Below, piece by piece: positions 31,967 through 42,716 of a DNA stretch of 64,000 nucleotides. How positions within the stretch are numbered: the stretch's first letter is position 1; each line of letters begins with the position of its first letter. The position numbers and the translations under genes were made by a program. The stretch covers positions 375-64,374 of the forward strand of contig CACGRD010000004.1 in NCBI GenBank assembly GCA_902575375.1, written 5' to 3'. Under the pieces are notes generated by a model. That model was not told the origin of the DNA and searched no databases. It saw only the letters and a list, made by a program, of their open reading frames with translations. Origin of the DNA: an uncultured Alphaproteobacteria bacterium (GTDB taxonomy: Bacteria > Pseudomonadota > Alphaproteobacteria > HIMB59 > GCA-002718135).

Positions 31967-33188
31967 TCAATTTACTTATATTGGTATTGTTAGAGAATCT
32001 AGAAATGATGAATATAGAACTCCTATAGTTCCAGCTCATATTAAAAAGTTCAAAAAAAATAATCCAAATATTAATTTCATTATTCAGCCATCAAATAATA
32101 GATGTTTTTCTGATGAAGAATATGAATTATGTGGTGCTAAAATTAATGAAAATTTAAATGAATGCTCAATCATATTCGGAGTTAAAGAAATTGATCCAAA
32201 TATTTTAATAAATAATAAAACATATCTTTTCTTTTCTCACACTTTTAAAATAGATAAAAAACAAAAAAATATTGGAAAAGATAAAAAAGAACTGCTCTTA
32301 TCAATATTAAATAAAAAAATTAAACTAATTGATTATGAGAATATTAGAGAAAAAAATGGAAATAGATGTTTAGGTTTTGGAAGATTTGCAGGAATTGTTG
32401 GATGTTATAATACATTAAACCTCTTTCTTAAAGTGCTTGGAAAACAATCTCTTACTAGCGCCTACAAAATCAATGACTACGAAAGATTAGTTTTAAATTT
32501 AAAAAATTTATATTTTCCTAAAGCTAAAGTTTTAGTCACAGGTGATGGTAGAGTTTCAAAAGGAGTTATTGAACTTTTAAACCAAACAAACATAAAAGAA
32601 GTATCAAAAAAAGATTTCTTGGAAAAAAAATTTGATGATCCTATTTTTTGTAATTTAGAAACTAAAGATTATGTTATTAATAATTCTTCTACTAATTTTA
32701 ACCTTGAGCATTTTATTAAAAATCCTAGAGAGTATTCAAGCTCTGCTTTACAATATTTAAAAGAAACTAATATATTTATAAGTGCGCATTATTGGGAACC
32801 ATCTTCTGCAAAAATATTTGAGAATGAAGATTTAAAAAATTTACCAAGCCTAAATATTGTTGGTGATATTACTTGTGATATTAATGGCTCTGTTCCAACT
32901 ACAATACGATCTTCAACAATAGAAAAACCAAATTACTGGATTGATAGAAATAATTTAAAAGAAATAGAGGAAAATAATGATGGAATTGCTGTTATGGCAG
33001 TTGATAATTTACCATCTGAATTACCAAGGGACTCAAGCGCTGAGTTTAGTGAAGGTATTATCAAAGAAGTTCTTCCTTTTTTACTAAACGAAGATGATGG
33101 GAGAATATTAAATGGAACTATAACAACGGATGGTAGTTTTTTAGAAAAGTACAATTATTTAAATAATTATATTAATATTAATGAATAA
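31959..33188 (+). CDS. Lysine-ketoglutarate reductase / saccharopine dehydrogenase (lysine-forming; LKR/Lys1-domain, AlaDH/PNT fold)
   Basis: IVRE..RTP..P, IQPS..RCFSDEEY, FGVKE, FFSHT.K, LIDYE, GFGRFAG, DITCD, AVDNLPSELPRDSS. Confidence 0.85.
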   Translation: MDNQFTYIGIVRESRNDEYRTPIVPAHIKKFKKNNPNINFIIQPSNNRCFSDEEYELCGAKINENLNECSIIFGVKEIDPNILINNKTYLFFSHTFKIDKKQKNIGKDKKELLLSILNKKIKLIDYENIREKNGNRCLGFGRFAGIVGCYNTLNLFLKVLGKQSLTSAYKINDYERLVLNLKNLYFPKAKVLVTGDGRVSKGVIELLNQTNIKEVSKKDFLEKKFDDPIFCNLETKDYVINNSSTNFNLEHFIKNPREYSSSALQYLKETNIFISAHYWEPSSAKIFENEDLKNLPSLNIVGDITCDINGSVPTTIRSSTIEKPNYWIDRNNLKEIEENNDGIAVMAVDNLPSELPRDSSAEFSEGIIKEVLPFLLNEDDGRILNGTITTDGSFLEKYNYLNNYININE

Positions 33189-35235
33189 AGCAGAAAAAAA
33201 ACATAATATCATTTCCGAAATAACAACACCTTTTAAAATTGTTAGTGATTTTAATCCAAGTGGTGACCAGCCAGAAGCAATTAATAGTATTGTTAAAAAT
33301 CTAAATGAAGGGGAACAAGAACAAGTTCTTTTAGGTGTCACTGGATCAGGTAAGACTTTTACAATGGCTAAAGTAATTGAAAAAGTTCAAAAACCTACTT
33401 TAATAATGGCACCTAACAAAACATTAGCGGCACAACTTTATGGCGAAATGAAAAATTTATTTCCAAATAATGCTGTCGAATATTTTGTCAGTTATTATGA
33501 TTATTACACACCAGAAGCATATGTACCAAGGACTGATACATATATTGAAAAAGAATCCTCAATAAACGAACAAATTGATCGTCTAAGACACTCAGCTACT
33601 AGATCTTTAGTAGAAAGAAGAGATACAATTATAGTAGCATCAGTTTCATGTATTTATGGTATTGGATCAGTTGATGCTTATTCCTCAATGTCTTTTACTT
33701 TGGATAAAAATCAGTCAATAGGCCGAGAAATTATAATCAGAAAGTTAGTAGAACTTCTATACAAACGTCGTGACATGGACTTTAGAAGAGGTAGCTTTAG
33801 GGCCAAGGGAGATATTTTGGAAATTTTTCCTTCACACTATGAAGATATATCTTGGAAAATATCTATGTTTGGAGATGATATAGAGAGTATAACGCAGGTA
33901 GATCCACTTACTGGAGAGAAGCTCGGAGAACTTGAACAAATAAGAATCTTTGCAAACTCTCATTATGTAACCCCAAAGCCAACTATAAAAAAAGCAATTA
34001 CAATGATTAAAAATGATCTAAAAAAACAATTGGAGATTTTTGAAAAAGAAAAAAAATACTTAGAAAGACAAAGGTTAGATGAGAGAACTACATTTGACTT
34101 AGAAATGATGGAAACTACTGGAAGTTGCAGTGGTATTGAAAATTATTCTAGATATTTGTCAGGAAGACAGCCGGGAGAGCCTCCTCCTACACTTTATGAA
34201 TATATTCCAGAAGACTCTTTATTGTTTATAGATGAAAGCCATCAGACATGTGGTCAAATAGCAGGAATGTACAAAGGTGATTTTTCTAGAAAATCAACTT
34301 TAGCTCAATATGGTTTTAGACTACCAAGTTGTGTTGATAACAGACCTTTAAAAAGAGAAGAATGGGATGCAATGCGTCCACAAACTATATTTGTAAGTGC
34401 AACACCAGGAGATTATGAACTTGAAAAAACAGGTGGCACCTTTGTTGAACAAGTAATTAGACCAACAGGTTTAATTGATCCACCTATAGAGATAAGGCCA
34501 ACTAAACATCAAATTGATAACTTAATTGATGAATGTAAAAAGACTATAGATAAAGGTCATCGTGTTCTAATCACAACACTTACAAAAAAAATGGCCGAAG
34601 ATCTTACTGAATATATCAATGAAGAAGGATTAAAGGTAAGGTATCTTCACTCTGATATCGATACATTAGAAAGAATAGAAATTATTAGAGATCTAAGACT
34701 AGGAGTTTTTAATGTTTTAGTAGGAATAAATCTTCTTAGAGAAGGTTTAGATATTCCTGAATGTGCTTTAATGGCTATATTAGATGCTGATAAGGAAGGT
34801 TACCTTCGTTCAAGAACTAGTTTAATTCAGACTATTGGTAGGGCTGCAAGAAATGTTGAGAGTAAAGTCTTAATGTATGCTGATAACATTACCACTAGTA
34901 TGAAAGAAGCAATCGAAGAGACGGATAGAAGACGAACAAAACAAATAGAATATAACAAAATAAATAAAATTACGCCAATCAGTATTAAAAAGAATATTCA
35001 AGAAATAATTGAGAACACAGCAGAACAAGATCATGTTACAGTTGAAATTGATAATGCTAAAGAATTAGTTGGTAAGGATCTTAATAAACATATTAAAAAT
35101 TTAGAGAAGAAAATGAATGAATTTGCTTCAAAACTCGAATTTGAAGATGCAGCAAGATTACGAGATGAAATTAATAGATTAAAGGCAAAAGAAGTGGGTC
35201 TTTCTAATAAAGTTTTGCAGTTTAAAAAGAATTAA
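33181..35235 (+). CDS. uvrB: Excinuclease ABC subunit B
   Basis: GDQP, LLGVTGSGKTFT, YFVSYYDYY.PEAY, DESH, GINLLREGLDIPE, QTIGRAARN, C-terminal UVR domain. Confidence 0.98.
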   Translation: MNKAEKKHNIISEITTPFKIVSDFNPSGDQPEAINSIVKNLNEGEQEQVLLGVTGSGKTFTMAKVIEKVQKPTLIMAPNKTLAAQLYGEMKNLFPNNAVEYFVSYYDYYTPEAYVPRTDTYIEKESSINEQIDRLRHSATRSLVERRDTIIVASVSCIYGIGSVDAYSSMSFTLDKNQSIGREIIIRKLVELLYKRRDMDFRRGSFRAKGDILEIFPSHYEDISWKISMFGDDIESITQVDPLTGEKLGELEQIRIFANSHYVTPKPTIKKAITMIKNDLKKQLEIFEKEKKYLERQRLDERTTFDLEMMETTGSCSGIENYSRYLSGRQPGEPPPTLYEYIPEDSLLFIDESHQTCGQIAGMYKGDFSRKSTLAQYGFRLPSCVDNRPLKREEWDAMRPQTIFVSATPGDYELEKTGGTFVEQVIRPTGLIDPPIEIRPTKHQIDNLIDECKKTIDKGHRVLITTLTKKMAEDLTEYINEEGLKVRYLHSDIDTLERIEIIRDLRLGVFNVLVGINLLREGLDIPECALMAILDADKEGYLRSRTSLIQTIGRAARNVESKVLMYADNITTSMKEAIEETDRRRTKQIEYNKINKITPISIKKNIQEIIENTAEQDHVTVEIDNAKELVGKDLNKHIKNLEKKMNEFASKLEFEDAARLRDEINRLKAKEVGLSNKVLQFKKN

Positions 35236-36239
35236 TGGAAATTGTATTTTCAGAAACTAACCAAACTGGAATTATTAAACTAAATCGTCCTAAAGCTTTA
35301 AATGCTCTCAATTTAGAAATGGCAAAAAAATTCCATGGCAAATTATTAGAATGGGAAGAAAAAGATAATATCTTAAGAGTATTGTTATTTGGAGAAGGTA
35401 AACATTTTTGTGCAGGAGGTGATGTAAAATCTCTTGTTCTTGCTGGAAAAGAAAACTCTTTAAAACATGATTTTTTTAGAATTGAGTATAAACTTAATTA
35501 TTTAATAAGCCAATTTAGTAAAGAATTTCTTTCAGTTTGGAATGGTGTAGTGATGGGAGGCGGGGTTGGTTTATCAATCTATGGTGATCACAGATTGGCA
35601 ACAGACAATTCAAAATTTGCAATGCCAGAATCTGCCATTGGTTTTTTTCCAGATGTTGGTGGAAGTTATTTTTTATCAAATCTTCCAGGTAACATTGGTA
35701 AGTATATTGGTTTAACGGGTGAGGTTTTAGGGTTAAATGAATTAATTTTTTTCGGATTAGCAACTCACTACTTTAAAAGTAATAAATTAGAAGATGTTAA
35801 AGAAAAATTTATTAAAAGAGGAGAAATTTCACACGATAATTTTGAAGTAAAGAATGATACATATCTAATTAAAAATATGAATTTAATAAATGAACTATTC
35901 AATGGAAATATTCAAACAATCATATCAAATTTAAAAAGTCATAACTCAGAGTTTTCAAAAAAAATTTTAGATATTCTTTTAGCTAAATGCCCAATGAGTC
36001 TTGCGATAAGCACTAAACTTATAGATGATGCAAAAGGTAAATCGTTAAAAGAATGTTTAGAAACTGAATTTCAATTAAGTCAAAAAATAGTATATCGTAG
36101 TGACTTTGATAATGGTGTAAATTCTGTGCTAATTTCAAAAAATCATAATCCTATTTGGGAACCATCAAAAATAGATGAAATAAATATAGAAGATCTAGAT
36201 TTTTATTTTGAAACTCATACTGAAAATCTTTATCTATAA
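35235..36239 (+). CDS. 3-hydroxyisobutyryl-CoA hydrolase-like enoyl-CoA hydratase/isomerase
   Basis: LNRPKALNAL, FCAGGDV, GVVMGGGVG, FAMPESAIGFFPDVG. Confidence 0.88.
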   Translation: MEIVFSETNQTGIIKLNRPKALNALNLEMAKKFHGKLLEWEEKDNILRVLLFGEGKHFCAGGDVKSLVLAGKENSLKHDFFRIEYKLNYLISQFSKEFLSVWNGVVMGGGVGLSIYGDHRLATDNSKFAMPESAIGFFPDVGGSYFLSNLPGNIGKYIGLTGEVLGLNELIFFGLATHYFKSNKLEDVKEKFIKRGEISHDNFEVKNDTYLIKNMNLINELFNGNIQTIISNLKSHNSEFSKKILDILLAKCPMSLAISTKLIDDAKGKSLKECLETEFQLSQKIVYRSDFDNGVNSVLISKNHNPIWEPSKIDEINIEDLDFYFETHTENLYL

Positions 36240-36247
36240 TATTATAA

Positions 36248-38695
36248 ATGAGTAATAAAATTCCTACTTCTGCAAAAGTAGTTGTAATAGGCGGTGGTAT
36301 AGCTGGATGTTCTGTAGCTTATCATTTAGCAAAATTTGGATGGAAAGATGTGATCTTGCTAGAAAGAGATCAATTAACCTCTGGAACTACTTGGCATGCA
36401 GCAGGACTGATTGGTCAGATTGGTGCATCAGCAACCATTACAAAACTTAGAAATTATTCGTTAAATTTATATAAAGACTTGGAAAAAGAAACAGGATTAG
36501 CAACAGGTTTAAAGCAAAACGGCTCTTTAACTATTGCAACAACTAATGATCGATTAGAAGAATTAAAAAGGCAAGCTACTTTTGCTCAAAGATTTAATAT
36601 AGAAGTTAATGAATTAGAAAAAAATCAGATTAAGGATATTTACTCTCTTATAAATACTGATGACGTTGTTGGTGGGATATTTATTCCAAAAGATGGTCAA
36701 GCAGATCCTGTTGGTATAACAAATGTTCTTGCTAAATCGGCAAAAATGTATGGGGCTCAAATATTTGAACATTGTTCTGTAAATAAAATCCTAACTAAAA
36801 ATGGATCAATAGAGGGTGTAGATACAAAACATGGAAAAATTAAATGTGAGTATATTGTTCTAGCATCTGGAATGTGGTCTAGGCAGATAGCAAATGAAAT
36901 TAACGTTAGTATACCGCTATATCCAAATGAACACTTCTATATATTAAGTGAGCCATTAAAAGAAATTTCTAAATCACTTCCAGTTCTTAGAGATTACAAT
37001 AATTGCTTATATCTAAAAGAGGATGCGGGAAAAATTTTAGTAGGAATTTTTGAGCCTAAAGCTAAACCTGCATTTACTGATACGTATAAAGTGCCCAATG
37101 ATTTTTCTTTTGGAGAACTACCTGAAGATTTTGATCATTTTGAACCGCATTTAAAAAATGCTATGAAAAGAATACCAGCCCTTGAAAATGTAGGTATAAG
37201 AAAATTCTTTAACGGTCCTGAAGCTTTTACTCCAGATACAAATTATCTTTTAGGAGAAACACCAGAAATAAAAAACTTTTATGTTTGTTGTGGATTTAAT
37301 AGTATTGGTATTCAAAGTGCTGGTGGTGCAGGTAAGGTAACTGCAGAATGGATGATGAACGGTGAGGTTAATGATGATCTTTACTCCTTAGATATTTCAA
37401 GATTTGAAAAATTTCACTCTGAGACAAAATTTATAACTGAAAGAGTTACTGAGTCATTAGGAGATTTATATGCAATGCACTGGCCTTACAAACAACATAA
37501 ATCTTCGAGAAATATTAAACTACTTCCTTTTCATAATGATTTGAAAAAAGAAGGGGCATGCTTTGGTCAAGTGGCCGGTTTTGAAAGACCAATGTGGTAT
37601 GCTATAAATGGTAACAAACCAGAATATGATTATAGTTATGGCTATCAAAATTGGTATGATTCAGCAAAGTATGAAACAATAAACACAAGAAAAAACGCTG
37701 GTTTATTTGACTTAAGTGCCTTTGCAAAATTTGAAATTAAGGGAGACACTGCCTTCAACGATCTTCAACGATTATGCTGTAATAATATTAAAAATTATCC
37801 CGGTCATACAACTTATACGCAAATGCTTAATTCAAATGGTGGCATTGTTGCCGATTTAACAGTTACTTGTATTGATACTAATTCTTTTCGTATTGTAACG
37901 GGTTCATCTGTGAGAGAACATGATAAAAAACATATTGCAGAAAATTTAAGTAAAACCACAACTTTAATTGATATCACTGAAAGTTTTGCTTGCTTTGGTA
38001 TTTTTGGTCCTAAAAGTAGAGAAATTCTAACAGAAATATTTGGAGAACATTTTTCAAACGACAAGTTTAAATTTGGAACTGCTAAAGAAATATCATTGAA
38101 AAATAATAAATTAATCTTCCAAAGATTATCTTTTGTTGGTGAACTTGGTTGGGAAATTTATGTTCCTATAAATATATCTAGAGAAATTTATTTAGAGTTA
38201 GTTAAAGTTGGAGAAAAATATAACCTTTCACATGCTGGTGCCCATGCACTAGATATCATGAGAATGGAAAAGGGATATTTGCATTGGGGTCATGATATTT
38301 CTCCAGCTGAAAACCCTTTTGAAGCTGGATTAGAATTAACTGTTAAATTAAACAAAAAAACAGATTTTATAGGTAAGGAGGCTTTAAAAACAAAAAATAG
38401 AATTAAAAAGAAACAACTAACAAATTTTGTTTTAGAAAAATCTACGCCAGGAAATCCTCTCTTATTACATGATGAGCCTATTTATTATAAAAATAAAATT
38501 GTGGGTGAAACAACTTCTAGCAATTATTCATTTTGTTATAATAAAAATATGGTCTTTGGATATATAGATTCAGAAATAGATTTAAAAAAATTAAATGGTA
38601 GCAATTTTGAAGTTGAAGTTGCTAAAAATAAATATGTTATGTCTGTTCAATTTAATCCATTGCATGATCCTGAAAATAATTTCACAAAAATATAG
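36248..38695 (+). CDS. GcvT-family FAD-dependent dehydrogenase (sarcosine/dimethylglycine dehydrogenase-like)
   Basis: IGGGIAG, TSGTTWHAAG, NGPEAFTPD, GFERP.W, folate-binding GcvT domain (SFVGELGWE, RMEKGY). Confidence 0.9.
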   Translation: MSNKIPTSAKVVVIGGGIAGCSVAYHLAKFGWKDVILLERDQLTSGTTWHAAGLIGQIGASATITKLRNYSLNLYKDLEKETGLATGLKQNGSLTIATTNDRLEELKRQATFAQRFNIEVNELEKNQIKDIYSLINTDDVVGGIFIPKDGQADPVGITNVLAKSAKMYGAQIFEHCSVNKILTKNGSIEGVDTKHGKIKCEYIVLASGMWSRQIANEINVSIPLYPNEHFYILSEPLKEISKSLPVLRDYNNCLYLKEDAGKILVGIFEPKAKPAFTDTYKVPNDFSFGELPEDFDHFEPHLKNAMKRIPALENVGIRKFFNGPEAFTPDTNYLLGETPEIKNFYVCCGFNSIGIQSAGGAGKVTAEWMMNGEVNDDLYSLDISRFEKFHSETKFITERVTESLGDLYAMHWPYKQHKSSRNIKLLPFHNDLKKEGACFGQVAGFERPMWYAINGNKPEYDYSYGYQNWYDSAKYETINTRKNAGLFDLSAFAKFEIKGDTAFNDLQRLCCNNIKNYPGHTTYTQMLNSNGGIVADLTVTCIDTNSFRIVTGSSVREHDKKHIAENLSKTTTLIDITESFACFGIFGPKSREILTEIFGEHFSNDKFKFGTAKEISLKNNKLIFQRLSFVGELGWEIYVPINISREIYLELVKVGEKYNLSHAGAHALDIMRMEKGYLHWGHDISPAENPFEAGLELTVKLNKKTDFIGKEALKTKNRIKKKQLTNFVLEKSTPGNPLLLHDEPIYYKNKIVGETTSSNYSFCYNKNMVFGYIDSEIDLKKLNGSNFEVEVAKNKYVMSVQFNPLHDPENNFTKI

Positions 38696-38713
38696 TTTTT
38701 TATGATTTAATTT

Positions 38714-39592
38714 ATGAAAAAAATTAAATTATTTTTTTCTATAGTAGTAATTATATTAATAATTTTATCTATCTTTATTTATATTTTTCTAAATAATTTT
38801 GAAAAAGAAAAAATAATTAGTGATATCGAGAAGAAATTAGAAATTAAAATTAATGAAAAAAATAAAACTAAAATCAATATTTTTCCAATTGTAAAGCTTA
38901 ACACAAACTTAGAAATTAAAGATTACAAAAATAATCTATACTTTGATAATATTAGAATTGATATTTCTCAGCCCGTATTTCAAGTTTCAGGAAATTTAGA
39001 TATTCTAATTGATAATTTGAATATTAATAATATTAATTTTAGTGAAGTAAATATTAATGGAAAAGTAAATTATATTGAAAATTATCTTAAATATAGTGAT
39101 AATTTAGAAAATTTATTTGACTCAATTTATAAAATTAATGGAAAAATATTTTTAGAAACAACTAATGAAGAAAAATTTCTTATTTCATTTTTAAAATTAT
39201 TCTTTGAAAAATTAGAAAATCAAAAAAATCAAAAATTTGCATTTTCTGAATTAATAAATGCTTTTGGTAATGAAAGTTCTAATTTTAAAGGCGAAATAAA
39301 TAAAAATAAGAATATTTTAGAAACTAGCAAAATAGAAATTAGTAATAAAAACAACAGAATTCTTATAAAAGGAGAATACAATTACAGTAATAATTTTATA
39401 GATATTACTTTAAACTTATCTCAAAATAATGAAATATATTTAACTACTTTGATTAAAGGAAACTTAAATAATCCTAATATAAGTTTTGATGAAAATTCAA
39501 AATTTTTTCAAAATTCAAACTCAATTGAAAATAATATAATTGAAGAAAGCGTCATTCAATTTTTAAATAATTTTTTTGATTTCAATGATTGA
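38714..39592 (+). CDS. Membrane-anchored hypothetical protein, AsmA-like (tentative)
   Basis: Single N-terminal TM then a beta-rich Asn/Ile-rich body ending IKGNLNNPNI. Confidence 0.45.
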   Translation: MKKIKLFFSIVVIILIILSIFIYIFLNNFEKEKIISDIEKKLEIKINEKNKTKINIFPIVKLNTNLEIKDYKNNLYFDNIRIDISQPVFQVSGNLDILIDNLNINNINFSEVNINGKVNYIENYLKYSDNLENLFDSIYKINGKIFLETTNEEKFLISFLKLFFEKLENQKNQKFAFSELINAFGNESSNFKGEINKNKNILETSKIEISNKNNRILIKGEYNYSNNFIDITLNLSQNNEIYLTTLIKGNLNNPNISFDENSKFFQNSNSIENNIIEESVIQFLNNFFDFND

Positions 39593-40523
39593 CTTATTAA
39601 ATATAGTTAGCAGTGTGTTTGGATATATCCTTTTTGGATTTTTTGTAAATAAATTACAAATACTTCCAAAAAAATATATTGATTATTTTGATTTTACAGG
39701 TTTCAACGTTCTTTTACCTTTAGCTTTAATTATATATTTTTGGCAAGTCTCATTTCCTCAAATTAATTCTATTGGCCTGATCATCTCATTTTTTGCTTCA
39801 GGAATTTTTATATCCATGACTGGATTTTTAATTAGCAAACAATTTTTAAATTTTAAAACAGATGACTCTGCAATTTTTGGATTAGCTGCTTGTTTTGGTA
39901 ACACAGTAGCAATGGGAATACCTCTTATGTATGCAGTTTTGGGTCCAATAAATACAATTCCTTATATGATATTAGTTTTTTTTCATGGTATTGTTCATTT
40001 TAGCTATACTGTTATTATAATAGAAGTTTATAGAAATAGACAAAAAAGCATTGTTGAAATTTTTTATCAAATATTATTAGGTATAATTAAAAATATTGTA
40101 CTTTTTGGAATGATAATTGGTATCATTCTTAATTACTCTAATCTTATTGTTCCATCTATTATGAAAGAGCCCTTAGATATTTTTGTAAACCTTGCTCTTC
40201 CAATGGTTCTCATTTCTTTAGGTCTTGCATTAGGAAATTTTAAAATTAGAGAAAATATTTATGGTGCAATACTATTAACTATCTTAAAAAATTTTATTCA
40301 CCCTATAATTGCATTTTGTTTAGCGAATTTTATACTAGAGCTTGATAATCTTTTAATAATTATTGTTACGATATCCGCAGCTTTACCAAGTGGGTCTCAG
40401 TCATATTATTTTGCATACAGATATAACTCACTAAAAGCAGTAGTTTCTTCAAATGTAGTATTAAGTACGTTTGTTAGTTTTTTTACACTGTCTTTATTAT
40501 TAGTATTTTTTGATATTACGTAG
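39585..40523 (+). CDS. AEC (auxin efflux carrier/malate permease) family transporter
   Basis: About 10 TM segments; FGNTVAMGIPL, ALP..LISLG, LKNFIHP, AALPSG; probable ATG at 39585. Confidence 0.85.
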   Translation: MIDLLNIVSSVFGYILFGFFVNKLQILPKKYIDYFDFTGFNVLLPLALIIYFWQVSFPQINSIGLIISFFASGIFISMTGFLISKQFLNFKTDDSAIFGLAACFGNTVAMGIPLMYAVLGPINTIPYMILVFFHGIVHFSYTVIIIEVYRNRQKSIVEIFYQILLGIIKNIVLFGMIIGIILNYSNLIVPSIMKEPLDIFVNLALPMVLISLGLALGNFKIRENIYGAILLTILKNFIHPIIAFCLANFILELDNLLIIIVTISAALPSGSQSYYFAYRYNSLKAVVSSNVVLSTFVSFFTLSLLLVFFDIT

Positions 40524-41070
40524 ATTGAGAAATAAATGATTGTATTCTCTCTTTTTTATCCATAGTTTTTACACTAAAAGGAAAAATCTCTAACATCTTG
40601 TCATATACATCAATTGCCTGTTGAAACTGACCCTGATGGATAAAAATTAGACCCATTCCATCAAGAGCACCAAAATGTCTTGGTTCTAATTCAAGAGTTT
40701 TAACGATGTCGTTCATTGATTGATCATAATTACCCATCATAAAATGAACAGTTGCTCTCTTATTCCAACCTTCTGCAAAATTTGGATCTTCTTCAATTAA
40801 ATTATTAAAAAATCTAATTGCAAGTGGATAATTCCTTATATTCATAGCCTGAATACCTTTCTCAAAATATTCAATTACTTTTGGATCATCAACTTCGTAC
40901 CATATATTCCAAATATCTGATATTAAGTTTCTTATCTCTTGCTGATTTTCAGTTTCATACAGTCTTTCAAATAAATAATCCAATCTTGGATCATTTTGGT
41001 CAGCTGTTGCAATATTGCTAACAAATAATAAGCTTAATATTATAATTATTTTTTTAAAAATAGCTTTCAT
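40516..41070 (-). CDS. Exported TPR protein
   Basis: Signal peptide from MKAIFKK (41070); DQNDPRLD.LF, PNFAEGWNKRATVHF, LEPRHFGAL.G. Confidence 0.85.
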   Translation of the reverse strand: MKAIFKKIIIILSLLFVSNIATADQNDPRLDYLFERLYETENQQEIRNLISDIWNIWYEVDDPKVIEYFEKGIQAMNIRNYPLAIRFFNNLIEEDPNFAEGWNKRATVHFMMGNYDQSMNDIVKTLELEPRHFGALDGMGLIFIHQGQFQQAIDVYDKMLEIFPFSVKTMDKKERIQSFISQST

Positions 41071-41287
41071 ATTTAAATGGTTTCTCAGAAAGATTTCTTT
41101 TCTTTTCATGTTTTCGTGTTCTACCTGACACTCTTTTTCTCCAAAGTTTAAAGGATCTAGATTTTAAATTCCTTCTCATTAATTTAATAACTTCAGATTC
41201 GGTCAAGCCGTGAATTCTATTAATCTCTTCAAAGGATGTTTTGTCCGACCAAGCTAATTTTATGACGTTATCTATATTTACTTGCAT
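41054..41287 (-). CDS. TIGR03643/DUF2805 family small protein
   Basis: LAWSDKTSFEEI...GLTESEVIKLMR..LK..SFKLWRKRVSGR..KH; probable ATG at 41287. Confidence 0.85.
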   Translation of the reverse strand: MQVNIDNVIKLAWSDKTSFEEINRIHGLTESEVIKLMRRNLKSRSFKLWRKRVSGRTRKHEKKRNLSEKPFKYESYF

Positions 41288-41327
41288 ATAATAATATATA
41301 ATATTATTTTTCAAAAAAACGATATTG

Positions 41328-41924
41328 ATGATAAAATTATATACATCCCCTACTCCAAATGGCAGGAAAATTAGTATTTTACTTGAAGAATTAAATGCAG
41401 AGTATGAAACTATTCTTGTAGATCTTAGCAAAAAAGAACAGTTTAAAAAAGAATTTTCAAAATTATCTCCTACAAATAAAATTCCCGTAATTGTAGATAC
41501 AGAAAATGGTCAAAGAATTTTCGAATCAGGTGCAATATTAATTTATTTAGCCCAGAAATATAATAAATTTCTAGATAATGAGAATTACTGGGAAATAATG
41601 CAATGGTTAATTTTGCAGGTAGCGTATGTCGGCCCAATGTTAGGGCAGGCACATCAATATTTATTTTATCATCGTGGAAAAAGTAAATTTGCTGAAGAAA
41701 AAACAAAAGGTTATGTAGAACATGTTTATTCAATATTAGAAAAACAGTTAATGGATAAAGAATATATAGTTAATGATTATTCTATAGCTGACATAGCTAT
41801 ATGGCCATGGGTTGATAGATGTGAAAGGCATGAAATTAAATTAGAAGATTATCCAAATATAAAAAGATGGTATGATAAGATGTCAATTAGACCAGCTGTA
41901 ATTAAAGGATATAATGCAGTTTAA
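41328..41924 (+). CDS. Glutathione S-transferase (YfcG/Nu-class-like)
   Basis: TPNGRK, KIP.I.D, FESGAIL.YLA, GPMLGQA, YSIADIAIWPW. Confidence 0.9.
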   Translation: MIKLYTSPTPNGRKISILLEELNAEYETILVDLSKKEQFKKEFSKLSPTNKIPVIVDTENGQRIFESGAILIYLAQKYNKFLDNENYWEIMQWLILQVAYVGPMLGQAHQYLFYHRGKSKFAEEKTKGYVEHVYSILEKQLMDKEYIVNDYSIADIAIWPWVDRCERHEIKLEDYPNIKRWYDKMSIRPAVIKGYNAV

Positions 41925-42671
41925 ATGATAACTTCAAAAAAAATTAAAATATATTATCAGTTCGCAACTGCAAAAGGAAAAACACAGGGTGGTAGTGTAG
42001 AAATTAAAAAAAGAGAAAATTTCATATCAAAATATTTAGGTGAAGATACTTCTGTAAAACTTTCTGTTCCTAATAAAGGACCTGGTTCGATAGAAACAGA
42101 ATATGACGAGGCTATTGCTATTCCTAATGTAATCAAAGGAATCATCAACGCAGAAAAGAATAAATTTGATGTAGCAATTATTAGTTGTTTTTCAGATCCA
42201 GGTTTAACTGCTTGTAGAGAAAAGGTTTCCATTCCTGTGATTGGATCTGGAGAAAATTCAATACTTCTAGCTGGACAGTTAGGTAATCAAATCAGTATTT
42301 TATCTCCTTTATCAGAAAATAAAGAAACTTTTAAAAATAAAATTATGAGATTAGGTTTAGAAAAAAAATATTGTTCTACCAGATCTATAAATACAAAAGT
42401 ACTAAGCTTAGCTAAAGATAAAAAATCAACTTTAGATAAATTAATAAAAGCAGGTAAAAAAGCTGTTAATGAAGATGGCGCAGATATTCTTGTACTTGGA
42501 TGCATGAGTATGGCTTTTCATGATATTACTGAAGTTGTTGAAAAAAAATTAGGTGTACCTGTAATTAATCCTGTAAAAGCTAGTATCTTAATGGCAGAGT
42601 CATTGGTAAAAATGAAATTAGCTCATAGTAAATTAGCTTACCCTACTCCTGCAAAAAAAATAATTTATTAA
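41925..42671 (+). CDS. Asp/Glu/hydantoin racemase family protein (copy 1)
   Basis: GPGSIE; both catalytic Cys motifs, SCFSDPG and LGCMSM; PVINPV; HSKLAYP. Confidence 0.88.
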   Translation: MITSKKIKIYYQFATAKGKTQGGSVEIKKRENFISKYLGEDTSVKLSVPNKGPGSIETEYDEAIAIPNVIKGIINAEKNKFDVAIISCFSDPGLTACREKVSIPVIGSGENSILLAGQLGNQISILSPLSENKETFKNKIMRLGLEKKYCSTRSINTKVLSLAKDKKSTLDKLIKAGKKAVNEDGADILVLGCMSMAFHDITEVVEKKLGVPVINPVKASILMAESLVKMKLAHSKLAYPTPAKKIIY

Positions 42672-42716
42672 TAATAATCCCTTCTAAATAATACATATTC
42701 ATGTATAATATTTTTC

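Noticed and set aside
41071..41431. N-terminal extensions of the TPR and DUF2805 ORFs
   Set aside because: They overlap neighbouring genes; downstream ATGs (41070, 41287) give typical proteins
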